Positions 7,822-16,225 of a DNA stretch of 16,810 bases are shown here, piece after piece. Numbering within the stretch: the stretch's first letter is position 1; every line of letters begins with the position of its first letter. The position numbers were made by a program, and so were the translations under genes. Under the pieces are notes generated by a model. The model worked only from the letters and a program-made list of their open reading frames with translations, was not told the origin of the DNA and made no database searches. The stretch covers positions 54,116-70,925 of the forward strand of contig JAYPJE010000021.1 in the NCBI GenBank assembly GCA_038128265.1, given 5' to 3'. The stretch comes from Gemmatimonadota bacterium. Its GTDB lineage: Bacteria; Latescibacterota; UBA2968; UBA8231.

Positions 7822-7838
7822 CGCGCGTGGAGGAAATC

Positions 7839-8567
7839 ATGCAAAAGCGCTTTTGGGAAAAAGGCAATATCAGCAACCTGATCTCTTTTGCACTGCTGAT
7901 TATAGGGTTGGTTGGACGCGGCCAGAGCGCGCCGGGCAGCGAGTGGCTGCTGGCCGCTGGCCTATTTGGATTCGCTGGTGGATTGACCAACTGGTTGGCG
8001 GTCAAGATGCTCTTTGATCGAGTGCCGCTACTCTACGGATCGGGCGTTATTCCCAATCGCTTTCGCGAGATTCGCCAGACGATAAAAGACTCCATTATGC
8101 GCTACTTCTTTGACGAAGACTATCTGTCGCGCTTTTTCGACCAGCGCATGAGCGCACTGGCCGGAAGAGATGATTTAGGGGAGAAGATCAAGGCCCTGCT
8201 CGAGTCGGACCAAGTCGACGCCATTATCGATGCCAAGTTAGAGGACCTGATGCGTTCTCCACAGGGCATGATGGTGAAGATGGTTGGCGCAAAGACGGTC
8301 AAACCGCTGGTTGTGCAGTTTGTAGTAGGCGTTGGACAACAGGCCGCACCGCTGCTGGCGGCCGAGCTCGCGCAGCCTGGAATCGAAGTGGGAGCGCTGC
8401 GCGCCCAGGTCGATGAGTTGCTGACGGCCAAGCTGGAAGAACTGACGCCTGAGCGCGTAAAGGACATGATGGAAGAGGTCATACGCGAGCATCTCGGCTG
8501 GCTTATTGTATGGGGCAATGTCTTTGGTGGTGCAATCGGCGTAGTGGCCAGGGCACTGGGATACTAG
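7839..8567 (+). CDS. DUF445 family membrane protein
   Basis: N-terminal hydrophobic segments, GGLTNWLAVKMLF...GVIP motif, helical soluble middle and C-terminal EHLGWLIVWGNVFGGAIG membrane segment. ATG at 7839 follows GGAGG (alternative GTG 7827). Confidence 0.85.
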   Translation: MQKRFWEKGNISNLISFALLIIGLVGRGQSAPGSEWLLAAGLFGFAGGLTNWLAVKMLFDRVPLLYGSGVIPNRFREIRQTIKDSIMRYFFDEDYLSRFFDQRMSALAGRDDLGEKIKALLESDQVDAIIDAKLEDLMRSPQGMMVKMVGAKTVKPLVVQFVVGVGQQAAPLLAAELAQPGIEVGALRAQVDELLTAKLEELTPERVKDMMEEVIREHLGWLIVWGNVFGGAIGVVARALGY

Positions 8568-8582
8568 GCGAAAGCAGATGGC

Positions 8583-9389
8583 ATGAATGCATTTGATTTG
8601 AGTGGGGAAGTCGCCGCCGTCATCGGCGGGACGGGCGTGTTGGGCGGTGCAATTGCGCGCGGGTTGGCCGGTCACGGAGCGCGGGTGGCCGTATTGGGGC
8701 GCAGCGAGGAGCGCGGCAACGAGCGGGTGCGCGAAATTGCAGAGGCTGGTGGAACAGCTGCATTTTTTCCCTGCGATGCTACCGATGCCGCTTCGCTGCA
8801 GGCCGCGCACGCCGCACTTGAGCAGCGACTGGGTATGGTCGATGTGTTGGTCAACGCCGCCGGCGGCAATCAGGCGCAGGTAACGGTGACGGACGGGCTG
8901 TCTTTTGAGGATATTGCGCTGGGCGATTGGCGCGCCTGCTTTGACCTGAATCTGGTCGGCGGGGCGCTGCTGCCCTGCCAGGAGTTTGGTCCGGCGATGG
9001 TAGAGCGCGGCCGTGGAAGCATCATTAATATCGCTTCTATCGCCGCCCATATTCCACCCTCGCGCGTGGTGGCCTATTCGGCTGCCAAGGCAGCCGTGTT
9101 TAGCCTAACGCAGTTTTTGTCGCGCGAGTGGGCCGCGCGCGGCGTGCGCGTCAATTCGATTACGCCGGGGTTTTTTCCCGCTGAACAGAATCGCCGCCTG
9201 CTCTACGAAGAAGATGGCACGCCAACGGAACGCGCCCAGCAGATCCTCGCACACACGCCTATGGATCGATTCGGCGCACCGGAAGAACTGGTGGGTGCGG
9301 CCGTATTCTTGGCCTCGCACCGAGCCAGTGCCTTTGTTACCGGGACCGATGTGCGCGTAGACGGCGGCTTCCTGTCGACGACTATTTAG
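8583..9389 (+). CDS. SDR oxidoreductase, D-mannonate oxidoreductase/gluconate 5-dehydrogenase-like subfamily
   Basis: IGGTGVLGGAIA, VAVLGR, LVNAAGGN, FDLNL, GSIINIAS, SRVVAYSAAKAAV..LTQFL, VRVNSITPGFFPAEQNR..L, ILAHTPMDRFG.PEEL and FVTG...VDGGF. Confidence 0.9.
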   Translation: MNAFDLSGEVAAVIGGTGVLGGAIARGLAGHGARVAVLGRSEERGNERVREIAEAGGTAAFFPCDATDAASLQAAHAALEQRLGMVDVLVNAAGGNQAQVTVTDGLSFEDIALGDWRACFDLNLVGGALLPCQEFGPAMVERGRGSIINIASIAAHIPPSRVVAYSAAKAAVFSLTQFLSREWAARGVRVNSITPGFFPAEQNRRLLYEEDGTPTERAQQILAHTPMDRFGAPEELVGAAVFLASHRASAFVTGTDVRVDGGFLSTTI

Positions 9390-9395
9390 ATCCGA

Positions 9396-10637
9396 CTACT
9401 TAAAAAGCAGTTTGAGGTAAAACAGCGGATTGATCAGGTGTTTGCGCGGCACGGCGTTGGCCATCATGCCGCAGATCAGGTCGCTCATATACTCGCTGCG
9501 CGCGGCTTTGCGCACCAAAAAATTGGTCAGCCCGCGGTTGCGCACCAGGTGGTGCAGCTGCGTGCTGAGTTTGAGTTCGCTGCCCAGTGTCTTCCACAGC
9601 ACGTCCTCGTAGCGCCGCAAAAACGCGGCGCTGTAATCGTTCGCCTGGCGCGCGGCGAGCGCCGTCTCAACGGCGGTGCGCGCCGAATAAAACGCGTTGC
9701 CGATACCTTCGCCTGTAAACGGGTCGATAAGGCTGGCCGCATCGCCTAGCAGGAGAAAGCCATCGCCGTGGATCGTGCGGCGCTTAGAGCCGACGGGCAA
9801 ATTCCAGCCCACCGGTTCTTCGATGGGCTGGGCGCTGGCAAAGCGTGCGCTAAAAGCGGGGCTGGCGATGGCATCGGCCAACATTTGCTTGAGGTTGACC
9901 CGCTGCGCCTTGATCTCGCTGTGCCCCATGCCAATGCCGATATTGGCGCGCTGTGCGTCGACCGGAAAAATCCAGAAATAGCCCGGTCGCACTTCGTCGA
10001 TAAAGTGCAGCTCGATCTGGTCCGTGAGGCCGCTGACGCCCTTCCAGTACTGGCGCAGCGCCACCATCCAATGCGCGCTTTCGTGCTTGTATAGGCCGGC
10101 CTTTTGCGCGACGATAGAGCGATAGCCATCGCATCCCAGGACGAGCGGAGCGGTCCATTCGCAGCGCGTTCCCGCCGCGTCCGTGCCGCGTATTCCGGCA
10201 ACGCGGCCATCTTCCCACAGCAGGTCTTCTACGGTAAAGCCCTCGCGGCAGTCCGTGTCGCTAGCCTTGGCCTTTTGGAAGAGAAAGTCGTCAAAAACTT
10301 CGCGACGAATGACAAAGCCCTCCATGGGCAGCGTGCGTCCGGTCATCAAGTCCGTCAGCGGGTAGCGGTCCAGTGGAATGTTTGCTTCGGTGTGATCTGG
10401 ACTGGCGAAGACAATATGGCCGACGGGCGCACCGGGTAGCGCACGCACCTCCTCCAGGAGGCCCAGTTCAGCAAGCATGGCGACGCTCTTGCCCGATACG
10501 GCGTCGCCACACACCTTGTCGCGTGGAAAGTGCGCTTTGTCTACGAGCAGGGCGCGCAGGGCGTGGCGCTGTGCGTAGAGAGCCGCCGCCGCACCAGCGG
10601 GGCCGCCGCCGACGATGATGAGGTCGTAATCTGCCAA
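9396..10637 (-). CDS. Geranylgeranyl reductase family FAD-dependent oxidoreductase
   Basis: YDLIIVGGGPAG FAD motif, FPRDKVCGD, RREVFDDFL, GCDGYRS, GYFWIFP, ANIGIG and LLGDAASLIDPFTGEGI. TTG start. Confidence 0.9.
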   Translation of the reverse strand: MADYDLIIVGGGPAGAAAALYAQRHALRALLVDKAHFPRDKVCGDAVSGKSVAMLAELGLLEEVRALPGAPVGHIVFASPDHTEANIPLDRYPLTDLMTGRTLPMEGFVIRREVFDDFLFQKAKASDTDCREGFTVEDLLWEDGRVAGIRGTDAAGTRCEWTAPLVLGCDGYRSIVAQKAGLYKHESAHWMVALRQYWKGVSGLTDQIELHFIDEVRPGYFWIFPVDAQRANIGIGMGHSEIKAQRVNLKQMLADAIASPAFSARFASAQPIEEPVGWNLPVGSKRRTIHGDGFLLLGDAASLIDPFTGEGIGNAFYSARTAVETALAARQANDYSAAFLRRYEDVLWKTLGSELKLSTQLHHLVRNRGLTNFLVRKAARSEYMSDLICGMMANAVPRKHLINPLFYLKLLFK

Positions 10638-10697
10638 GTGCGCGCCGTGCCGTGTTAGAGGGGTGGAGAGGGGGAAGATAAGCGCTGCGGCCCTATC

Positions 10698-10725
10698 TTG
10701 CCAAAGAGAACATCTTCCTTACATT
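10698..10725 (+). promoter_or_regulatory. Putative promoter for htpG
   Basis: TTGCCA-N16-TACATT at the start of an AT-rich island (about 10700-10800), followed by RBS AAGGAG at 10789-10794. Confidence 0.35.
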
Positions 10726-10804
10726 TAAGCTCTTATACAAAAAACGCGTTAAAAAGCAAACTATTCCCATTATTAAGCTTTTATAATCAAGGAGTTATGC
10801 TGAG

Positions 10805-12715
10805 ATGGATGCGGATACTCAAGAGGGTTCTGGCGTAGAGGAACGCGCATTTCAGACGGAAGTGCAGCAGCTGCTTCACCTGCTGATACACTCGCTGTAC
10901 ACGCACAAAGACGTCTTTCTGCGCGAACTTGTTTCAAACGCGTCCGATGCGCTGGGCAAAGTGCACCACCGCGCGTTGACCGACAAAGATATCGTCGACG
11001 CGGATGCCGAGCTGGAAATTCAAATTGACATATCAAAGGACAATAAGACCATTACCGTGCGCGACACGGGCATTGGTATGACGCGCGACGAGGTAAACCA
11101 AAACATCGGCACAATTGCCCATTCGGGTTCGGCGGAGTTCGTCAAAAAGCTCAGTGAAGTCAAGGACGAGGACAAAGAACAGCAGCTCAAGTTGATCGGT
11201 CAGTTTGGCGTTGGTTTCTACTCGGTTTTTATGGTTGCCGACCGCGTGGTCGTCACGACGCGATCGGCCGATAGGGACGCCGAAGCCGTTATGTGGGAAT
11301 CGACGGGCGACGGCGCCTACACGCTGGCCAAAGCCGATAAGGAAGAGCGAGGCACAGAGATCAAGATCTACGTGCGCAGCGACTGCGAAGAGTTTCTGGA
11401 CGCGCACCGCTTAGAAGGCATCATTCGCAAGCACTCCGATTTTGTTTCCTACCCGATCAAGGTGGCCGGCAAACAGGCCAATAATACGTCGGCGCTGTGG
11501 ACGCGGCCGCGCAACGAAATTACCGACGAGCAGTACAACGAGTTCTTTACTCACCTGACGGGCGACGCAGACGAGCCGCTGGCGCGCGAGCACATTGCCG
11601 TCGACGTGCCGATTCAGTTTTACTCCGTGCTCTTCATACCCAAGAGCTCGCCGACGCAGTTTCTATTCAACCCAGAACCGAAAATTTCGCTCAATCTGCA
11701 CGTCAAGCGCGTGTTTATCCAGGACGATTGCGAGGAGTTGCTGCCCCTACACCTGCGTTTTGTGCGCGGCGTAGTTGACTGCGACGACCTGCCGCTCAAC
11801 GTCTCGCGCGAGGTGCTGCAGCGCAATCCGGTGATCGCCAAGATTCGCTCGACGCTGGTTCGGCGCATCCTGGGCATGCTCGAGAACATGGCCAAGAAGG
11901 ACGAGGAAAAGTACATGACGTTCTGGCGAGCCTACGGCACGGTCCTCAAAGAGGGGATCGCCATGGACTTCGAGAACAAAGACCAGCTAGCTGGCTTGCT
12001 GCGTTATCGGTCTTCGCTGGAAGATAGCGAGGATTCGTTTGTTTCGCTGCAGACCTACGTCGATCGCATGGGCAGTGAGCAGGAGAAAATCTACTATCTG
12101 ACGGGCGAAAATTATCGCTCTATCGCCCAGAGCCCGCTGCTCGAGGCGTTCCGCAAAAAGGGGTTGGAGGTGCTCTACCTCGACGAGCCGGTCGACGAGT
12201 GGGTCGTCAACTCGCTGCAGAACTTTGCCGACAAGGAACTGCAGGCCATTGATGCGGCTGATATCGATTTAGGTGATGCCGATGAAGTGAAGCTGGAAGG
12301 CGTCGGAGACGACGATAAGGCCGAGCGCATCGAATTGATCGACTTTCTAAAAAAGCAGCTTGAAGCGCGCGTTTCCGACGTCGTTGAGTCAAAGCGACTG
12401 AGCGACAGCCCCTGTGTGCTGGTAACGGCGCAGGGCGGTATGAGCAACAATATGGAGCGATTGATGAAAATGGCCGATCGCCAATTTGAAGGTTCCAAGC
12501 GCGTGTTAGAAATCAATCCGAACCACGCCATCGTGAAAAATATGGCGGCGTACTTGAAGCGCGATCGCGATGCTGCGCAGCTAAAAGACTGGGCGCATAT
12601 GCTGGTCGACTATGTGCTGCTGGGCGAGGGGAAGGTCGAAGATCCACAGCGGGTAACGCGCACGGTGCAGGGCATTATGGAAGCGGCATCGAGCCGCTAC
12701 GCGGAAGAGGGCTAG
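10805..12715 (+). CDS. htpG: Molecular chaperone HtpG (Hsp90)
   Basis: FQTEV.QLL.L.IHSLY, FLRELVSNASDA, DTGIGMT, NIGTIAHSG, IGQFGVGFYS, LRFVRGVVD..DLPLNVSRE.LQ, IYYLTGE and LEINPNH; 636 aa. Confidence 0.98.
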   Translation: MDADTQEGSGVEERAFQTEVQQLLHLLIHSLYTHKDVFLRELVSNASDALGKVHHRALTDKDIVDADAELEIQIDISKDNKTITVRDTGIGMTRDEVNQNIGTIAHSGSAEFVKKLSEVKDEDKEQQLKLIGQFGVGFYSVFMVADRVVVTTRSADRDAEAVMWESTGDGAYTLAKADKEERGTEIKIYVRSDCEEFLDAHRLEGIIRKHSDFVSYPIKVAGKQANNTSALWTRPRNEITDEQYNEFFTHLTGDADEPLAREHIAVDVPIQFYSVLFIPKSSPTQFLFNPEPKISLNLHVKRVFIQDDCEELLPLHLRFVRGVVDCDDLPLNVSREVLQRNPVIAKIRSTLVRRILGMLENMAKKDEEKYMTFWRAYGTVLKEGIAMDFENKDQLAGLLRYRSSLEDSEDSFVSLQTYVDRMGSEQEKIYYLTGENYRSIAQSPLLEAFRKKGLEVLYLDEPVDEWVVNSLQNFADKELQAIDAADIDLGDADEVKLEGVGDDDKAERIELIDFLKKQLEARVSDVVESKRLSDSPCVLVTAQGGMSNNMERLMKMADRQFEGSKRVLEINPNHAIVKNMAAYLKRDRDAAQLKDWAHMLVDYVLLGEGKVEDPQRVTRTVQGIMEAASSRYAEEG

Positions 12716-12716
12716 C

Positions 12717-14042
12717 GTGGCCAGCGTAGGAGAAATGGCAAAGGCCGCGCGCGCGGCCGCACAGCAGCTAGCGGTCGCTTCCGGTGCGGTGCGCAATGCG
12801 GCGCTAGAGTCTATTGCCGCGGCGCTGGAGGCGCAGCGCGAGCGAATTTTGACGGCCAATGCCCTCGACGTTGCGGAAGCCGAGCAGATGGTGGCGCGCG
12901 GCGAGTTGGACGAACCGCTGCTCAAGCGGCTGGATCTGAGCGGCCACAAATACGACTCGACCGTGGCAATGGTGCGCAGCATCATCGATCAGCCGGAGCC
13001 CTTGGGACAGACGCAGTCGGCCACGGAACTGGACGAAGGGCTGGTGCTCTATCGGATCAGCGTGCCTATCGGCGTGCTCGGCGTGATTTTTGAGTCGCGT
13101 CCCGACGCGCTGGTGCAAATCGCCTGCCTGTGCCTGAAGTCGGGCAATGCTGCCCTGCTCAAGGGGGGGCGCGAGGCGGCGCGCACCAATGCAATTTTAG
13201 CGGAGGTCATGGTTGAGGCCACGCGCGGTCTGGCGGAGGTGCCCGGGCAGTGGATGGCGCTGCTGGAAGGACGCGAGGAAGTGCGCGCATTGCTCGACGA
13301 ACACGAGCACATTGATCTGATTATTCCGCGCGGCGGCAACGAGTTTGTGCAGTATATCATGAACAATACCAATATCCCCGTCATGGGACACGCCGATGGC
13401 ATTTGCCACGTATACGTGGATCGGGATGCTGATATTGAGCGTGCTGTCGACATTGTCGTCGATTCAAAAACCCAGTACGTTTCGGTGTGCAATGCCGCAG
13501 AAACGCTGTTGGTACACGCCGACATCGCGACCGCGGCCATGCCGCGCCTGGCCGAAGCGCTGCGTGAAAAAAACGTCGAATTGCGCCTCGACGAGCGCGC
13601 ACGCCAGGCACTGCCGGCCGATTGGCCAGCCACAGGTGCCACCGAAGAAGATTGGCGCACCGAGTACCTCGATTACATCCTCTCCGTGCGCGTCGTCGAC
13701 GATATGGCGTCGGCCGTCGAGCACATAAACCGCTACGGCAGCCATCATACGGATAGCATTGTTACCGAAGACGGTGCGGCAGCCAAAGCCTTCCTCCGAC
13801 AGGTCGATTCGGCCTCGGTCGTCCACAACGCCTCGACGCGCTTTGCCGACGGCTTTCGCTACGGTCTGGGCGCTGAGGTTGGCATCAGCACCAACCGACT
13901 GCACAGCCGCGGGCCGGTTGGGTTGGAGGGACTGACCAGCTATAAGTACGTGCTCGAGGGGCGCGGCCATAAGGTCGCCTCCTACGAGGGCGAATCGGCG
14001 CGTTCTTTCACGCACAAAAAGCTGTCTGCGCACTGGAAATAA
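12717..14042 (+). CDS. proA: Gamma-glutamyl phosphate reductase (glutamate-5-semialdehyde dehydrogenase)
   Basis: [46 protein letters not shown], catalytic [24 protein letters not shown] and [31 protein letters not shown]. Confidence 0.97.
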   Translation: MASVGEMAKAARAAAQQLAVASGAVRNAALESIAAALEAQRERILTANALDVAEAEQMVARGELDEPLLKRLDLSGHKYDSTVAMVRSIIDQPEPLGQTQSATELDEGLVLYRISVPIGVLGVIFESRPDALVQIACLCLKSGNAALLKGGREAARTNAILAEVMVEATRGLAEVPGQWMALLEGREEVRALLDEHEHIDLIIPRGGNEFVQYIMNNTNIPVMGHADGICHVYVDRDADIERAVDIVVDSKTQYVSVCNAAETLLVHADIATAAMPRLAEALREKNVELRLDERARQALPADWPATGATEEDWRTEYLDYILSVRVVDDMASAVEHINRYGSHHTDSIVTEDGAAAKAFLRQVDSASVVHNASTRFADGFRYGLGAEVGISTNRLHSRGPVGLEGLTSYKYVLEGRGHKVASYEGESARSFTHKKLSAHWK

Positions 14043-14061
14043 ACGGAGTGAGTTAGATACG

Positions 14062-14412
14062 ATGAGCGAAACGACTTCACACACGCCTATAGAGCGCCAC
14101 ATTTTTATCTGCGCGACGCCGACCAAGCCCAAGTGCCATAGCGGCACGCTCGGCGCCGAATGCTGGGACTATCTGAAAAAACGCCTGCGCGAGCTGGGGC
14201 ACGGCGATCCGCGCAACGGCATTCACCGGACCAAAGCCGACTGCCTGCGCGTGTGCGAGGCGGGTCCGACAGTGGTCGTCTATCCCGAAGAAGTGTGGTA
14301 TCACTCGATGACGATAGAAAAACTGGAGCGCATTATTACCGAGCACCTGATCGGCGGCCAGGTCGTTGCAGAATACGTTATCGAACACCCGTTCAAAAAT
14401 GTCGACGCCTGA
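14062..14412 (+). CDS. Thioredoxin-like [2Fe-2S] ferredoxin
   Basis: RHIFIC-x7-C ... CLRVC..GP.VVVYPE.VWY ... ERII.EHL..G; Cys17, 25, 61 and 65 are candidate ligands. RBS GGAGTGAG. Confidence 0.9.
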   Translation: MSETTSHTPIERHIFICATPTKPKCHSGTLGAECWDYLKKRLRELGHGDPRNGIHRTKADCLRVCEAGPTVVVYPEEVWYHSMTIEKLERIITEHLIGGQVVAEYVIEHPFKNVDA

Positions 14413-14416
14413 AAAG

Positions 14417-14466
14417 GGCCGTATCTGCCCGTGCCCTAGGGGCCACGGGCGCGTATTGACACGGCC
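14417..14466 (+). other. GC-rich intergenic stem-loop overlapping a perfect TTGACA
   Basis: Inner stem GCCCGTG (14427-14433)/CACGGGC (14444-14450), outer stem GGCCGT (14417-14422)/ACGGCC (14461-14466) and TTGACA at 14456-14461. There is no U-tract on the plus strand. Confidence 0.4.
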
Positions 14467-14510
14467 TAAGTGCCTGCTTAGTTATGTAGCCGGCTGTGCC
14501 CATTGGCAAA

Positions 14511-15734
14511 ATGCAAAAAGGAGCGCCCGTTCTGAGCACGGAAGATCAACAGACCGATAGCCAAAGGCTGGAAGACCTAGAGATCAAAGACGCGAGTCTG
14601 ATCTTTGCCCGCGTGTGGGCGAGTTTGGAAGCCGAAATTGGCCGCGAAGAACTGGTGTTTCCCGGTGAGATTATATGGCTTGGCGGTGCGCCGGGCGCGG
14701 GCAAGGGCACCAATACGCCCTTTATCATGGAGGCGCGCAGTATCACGGTGAATCCCGTGGTGATTAGCGACTTGCTCGATAGCCCGCGGGCACAGCGCAT
14801 CAAGGCGGCCGGCAATTTGGTAGGCGACGAAGAGGTCATTGATTTACTGCTGCGCAAACTGCTGGAGCCGCAGTACGAGCGCGGCGTGATCGTCGATGGC
14901 TTTCCGCGCACAACGGTGCAAACAGAGTGCCTCAAACTGTTTTACGATAAGATGGTTGCCCTGCGCGAGCAGATGCGCCTGGCCAGTCGCGAGTTTCCCC
15001 GCCCGCTTTTTCGCACGGTGCTGCTTTTTGTCGATGAGGAAGTGAGTATTCGCCGCCAGATCGAGCGAGGGGAAAAAGCAGCCATCAACAATCGCAAGGT
15101 CGAGGAATCGGGTGTCGGCACGCTGGAAGACGTGCGCCCCACGGATTTAGATCCCGAACTGGCGCGCAACCGCTACCGCCTGTTCCGCGATACTACCTAT
15201 GATGCGCTGCGCTCGCTGCGACAGATATTTCACTTTCACTTTATCGATGCGGCCAAAACGCTGGAAGAAGTGCAGGCCGAAATCGAAAAAGAGTTCTCCT
15301 ACCAATCGTCGCTTGAGCTATCGGGCGAGACCTACGATCGCATTCGCTCCATAGAGACGGCCGACTACATTGTCCTCTATGCGCGCCAGGAGCTGGTAAA
15401 ACGCCTCGAGATATACAATGAAGACCATCCCGAACTGTTCCAGAGCGTTATCGATCTAATCAACGAACGCTTTATGCCCATTGTCCTGCGCTATGCGATA
15501 ACGGGTATGACGCTGATTAATTCCGAAGACCAGCTTTTTGAAGATCCGCTCGCGCTGACAATGCTGATCGATATTTTCTCCGAGCGCGGCTATCAGGCGT
15601 TGGTCGATGTGAACAAGGTCGACGTGCCGCAGCGCATCAATCCCGATACGCACGAGATTATCTGCTCGCAGAAAATGGTCTATCGCTTTCAAATTCGCTT
15701 TGCCGCCTCGGCCATTCGCCACGGCAACGGCTGA
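14511..15734 (+). CDS. Adenylate kinase-like nucleoside monophosphate kinase with N- and C-terminal extensions
   Basis: P-loop LGGAPGAGKGT, ISDLL, G.LV.D, GVIVDGFPRT..Q, R..RG...RPTD and FIDA...LEEV. About 400 aa versus about 180-220 aa for a typical Adk. Start uncertain (GTG 14496, ATG 14511 or CTG 14532). Confidence 0.85.
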   Translation: MQKGAPVLSTEDQQTDSQRLEDLEIKDASLIFARVWASLEAEIGREELVFPGEIIWLGGAPGAGKGTNTPFIMEARSITVNPVVISDLLDSPRAQRIKAAGNLVGDEEVIDLLLRKLLEPQYERGVIVDGFPRTTVQTECLKLFYDKMVALREQMRLASREFPRPLFRTVLLFVDEEVSIRRQIERGEKAAINNRKVEESGVGTLEDVRPTDLDPELARNRYRLFRDTTYDALRSLRQIFHFHFIDAAKTLEEVQAEIEKEFSYQSSLELSGETYDRIRSIETADYIVLYARQELVKRLEIYNEDHPELFQSVIDLINERFMPIVLRYAITGMTLINSEDQLFEDPLALTMLIDIFSERGYQALVDVNKVDVPQRINPDTHEIICSQKMVYRFQIRFAASAIRHGNG

Positions 15735-15741
15735 GCGGCGC

Positions 15742-16182
15742 GTGCCGCGCCGAACTGTGCGCGTCGCGGCCTTTCTGAGCAGTGCGCTGTTTATCGCCGT
15801 GGCCTGCGGCGACAAGGGCTCTACTAACTCCACAGACATTCCTGCGCCCAACGCCGACCAACCTGCTGGACGCATTGTTAAAGTGGGTTTTTGGTCCGAG
15901 CCCACCTGTTCAGGCAATCCCAATAATACATCTGACTTTCCCGTCGACTACGGCGACACGCTGTGCTTTTCGTGGCCGGGCCGCTCGGGTCAGAATTCGG
16001 CTAGTCGCTTTGTCTGCGGCGATCAGCAGATGCGCTACACGCAGTGGACTACGCTGACCTGCAGCGGTGGCCGCGTGCCGGAGGGCACGCGCAAAACGGT
16101 CAGCACCGTTGAGTGCATCCAGGGCGTTCCGCCCACGCAATATGCGCGCATTATCGATTTCAGCGGCTGCACAGATCCGTAG
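15742..16182 (+). CDS. Hypothetical cysteine-rich putative lipoprotein
   Basis: From GTG 15742: basic n-region MPRRTVR, hydrophobic VAAFLSSALFI, lipobox-like AVA-C, a Ser/Thr/Pro linker and six further Cys. It fills the gap between the kinase and the convergent YHYH gene. Confidence 0.7.
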   Translation: MPRRTVRVAAFLSSALFIAVACGDKGSTNSTDIPAPNADQPAGRIVKVGFWSEPTCSGNPNNTSDFPVDYGDTLCFSWPGRSGQNSASRFVCGDQQMRYTQWTTLTCSGGRVPEGTRKTVSTVECIQGVPPTQYARIIDFSGCTDP

Positions 16183-16225
16183 TGTACGACGCATGCAGCC
16201 ATCAAGTGCGCCGATCTATCCGCTG

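Noticed and set aside
8238..9050. 270-aa antisense ORF across DUF445 and the SDR
   Set aside because: Long antisense frames are a common by-product of codon bias in GC-rich SDR genes; no RBS or domain motifs.
10638..10804. CIRCE/HrcA operator upstream of htpG, and a short overlapping uORF from ATG 10797
   Set aside because: No TTAGCACTC-N9-GAGTGCTAA is present. The uORF ATG is only 2 nt from the SD and encodes 13 unremarkable residues.
12713..12719. HtpG-ProA fusion by TAG readthrough (pyrrolysine or recoding)
   Set aside because: The two ORFs are in different frames and both are full length; no in-frame TAG interrupts any recognised domain.
13049..14147. Long antisense ORFs (203 aa and 227 aa) over proA
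   Set aside because: Antisense shadows of a well-conserved gene, with no recognisable motifs.
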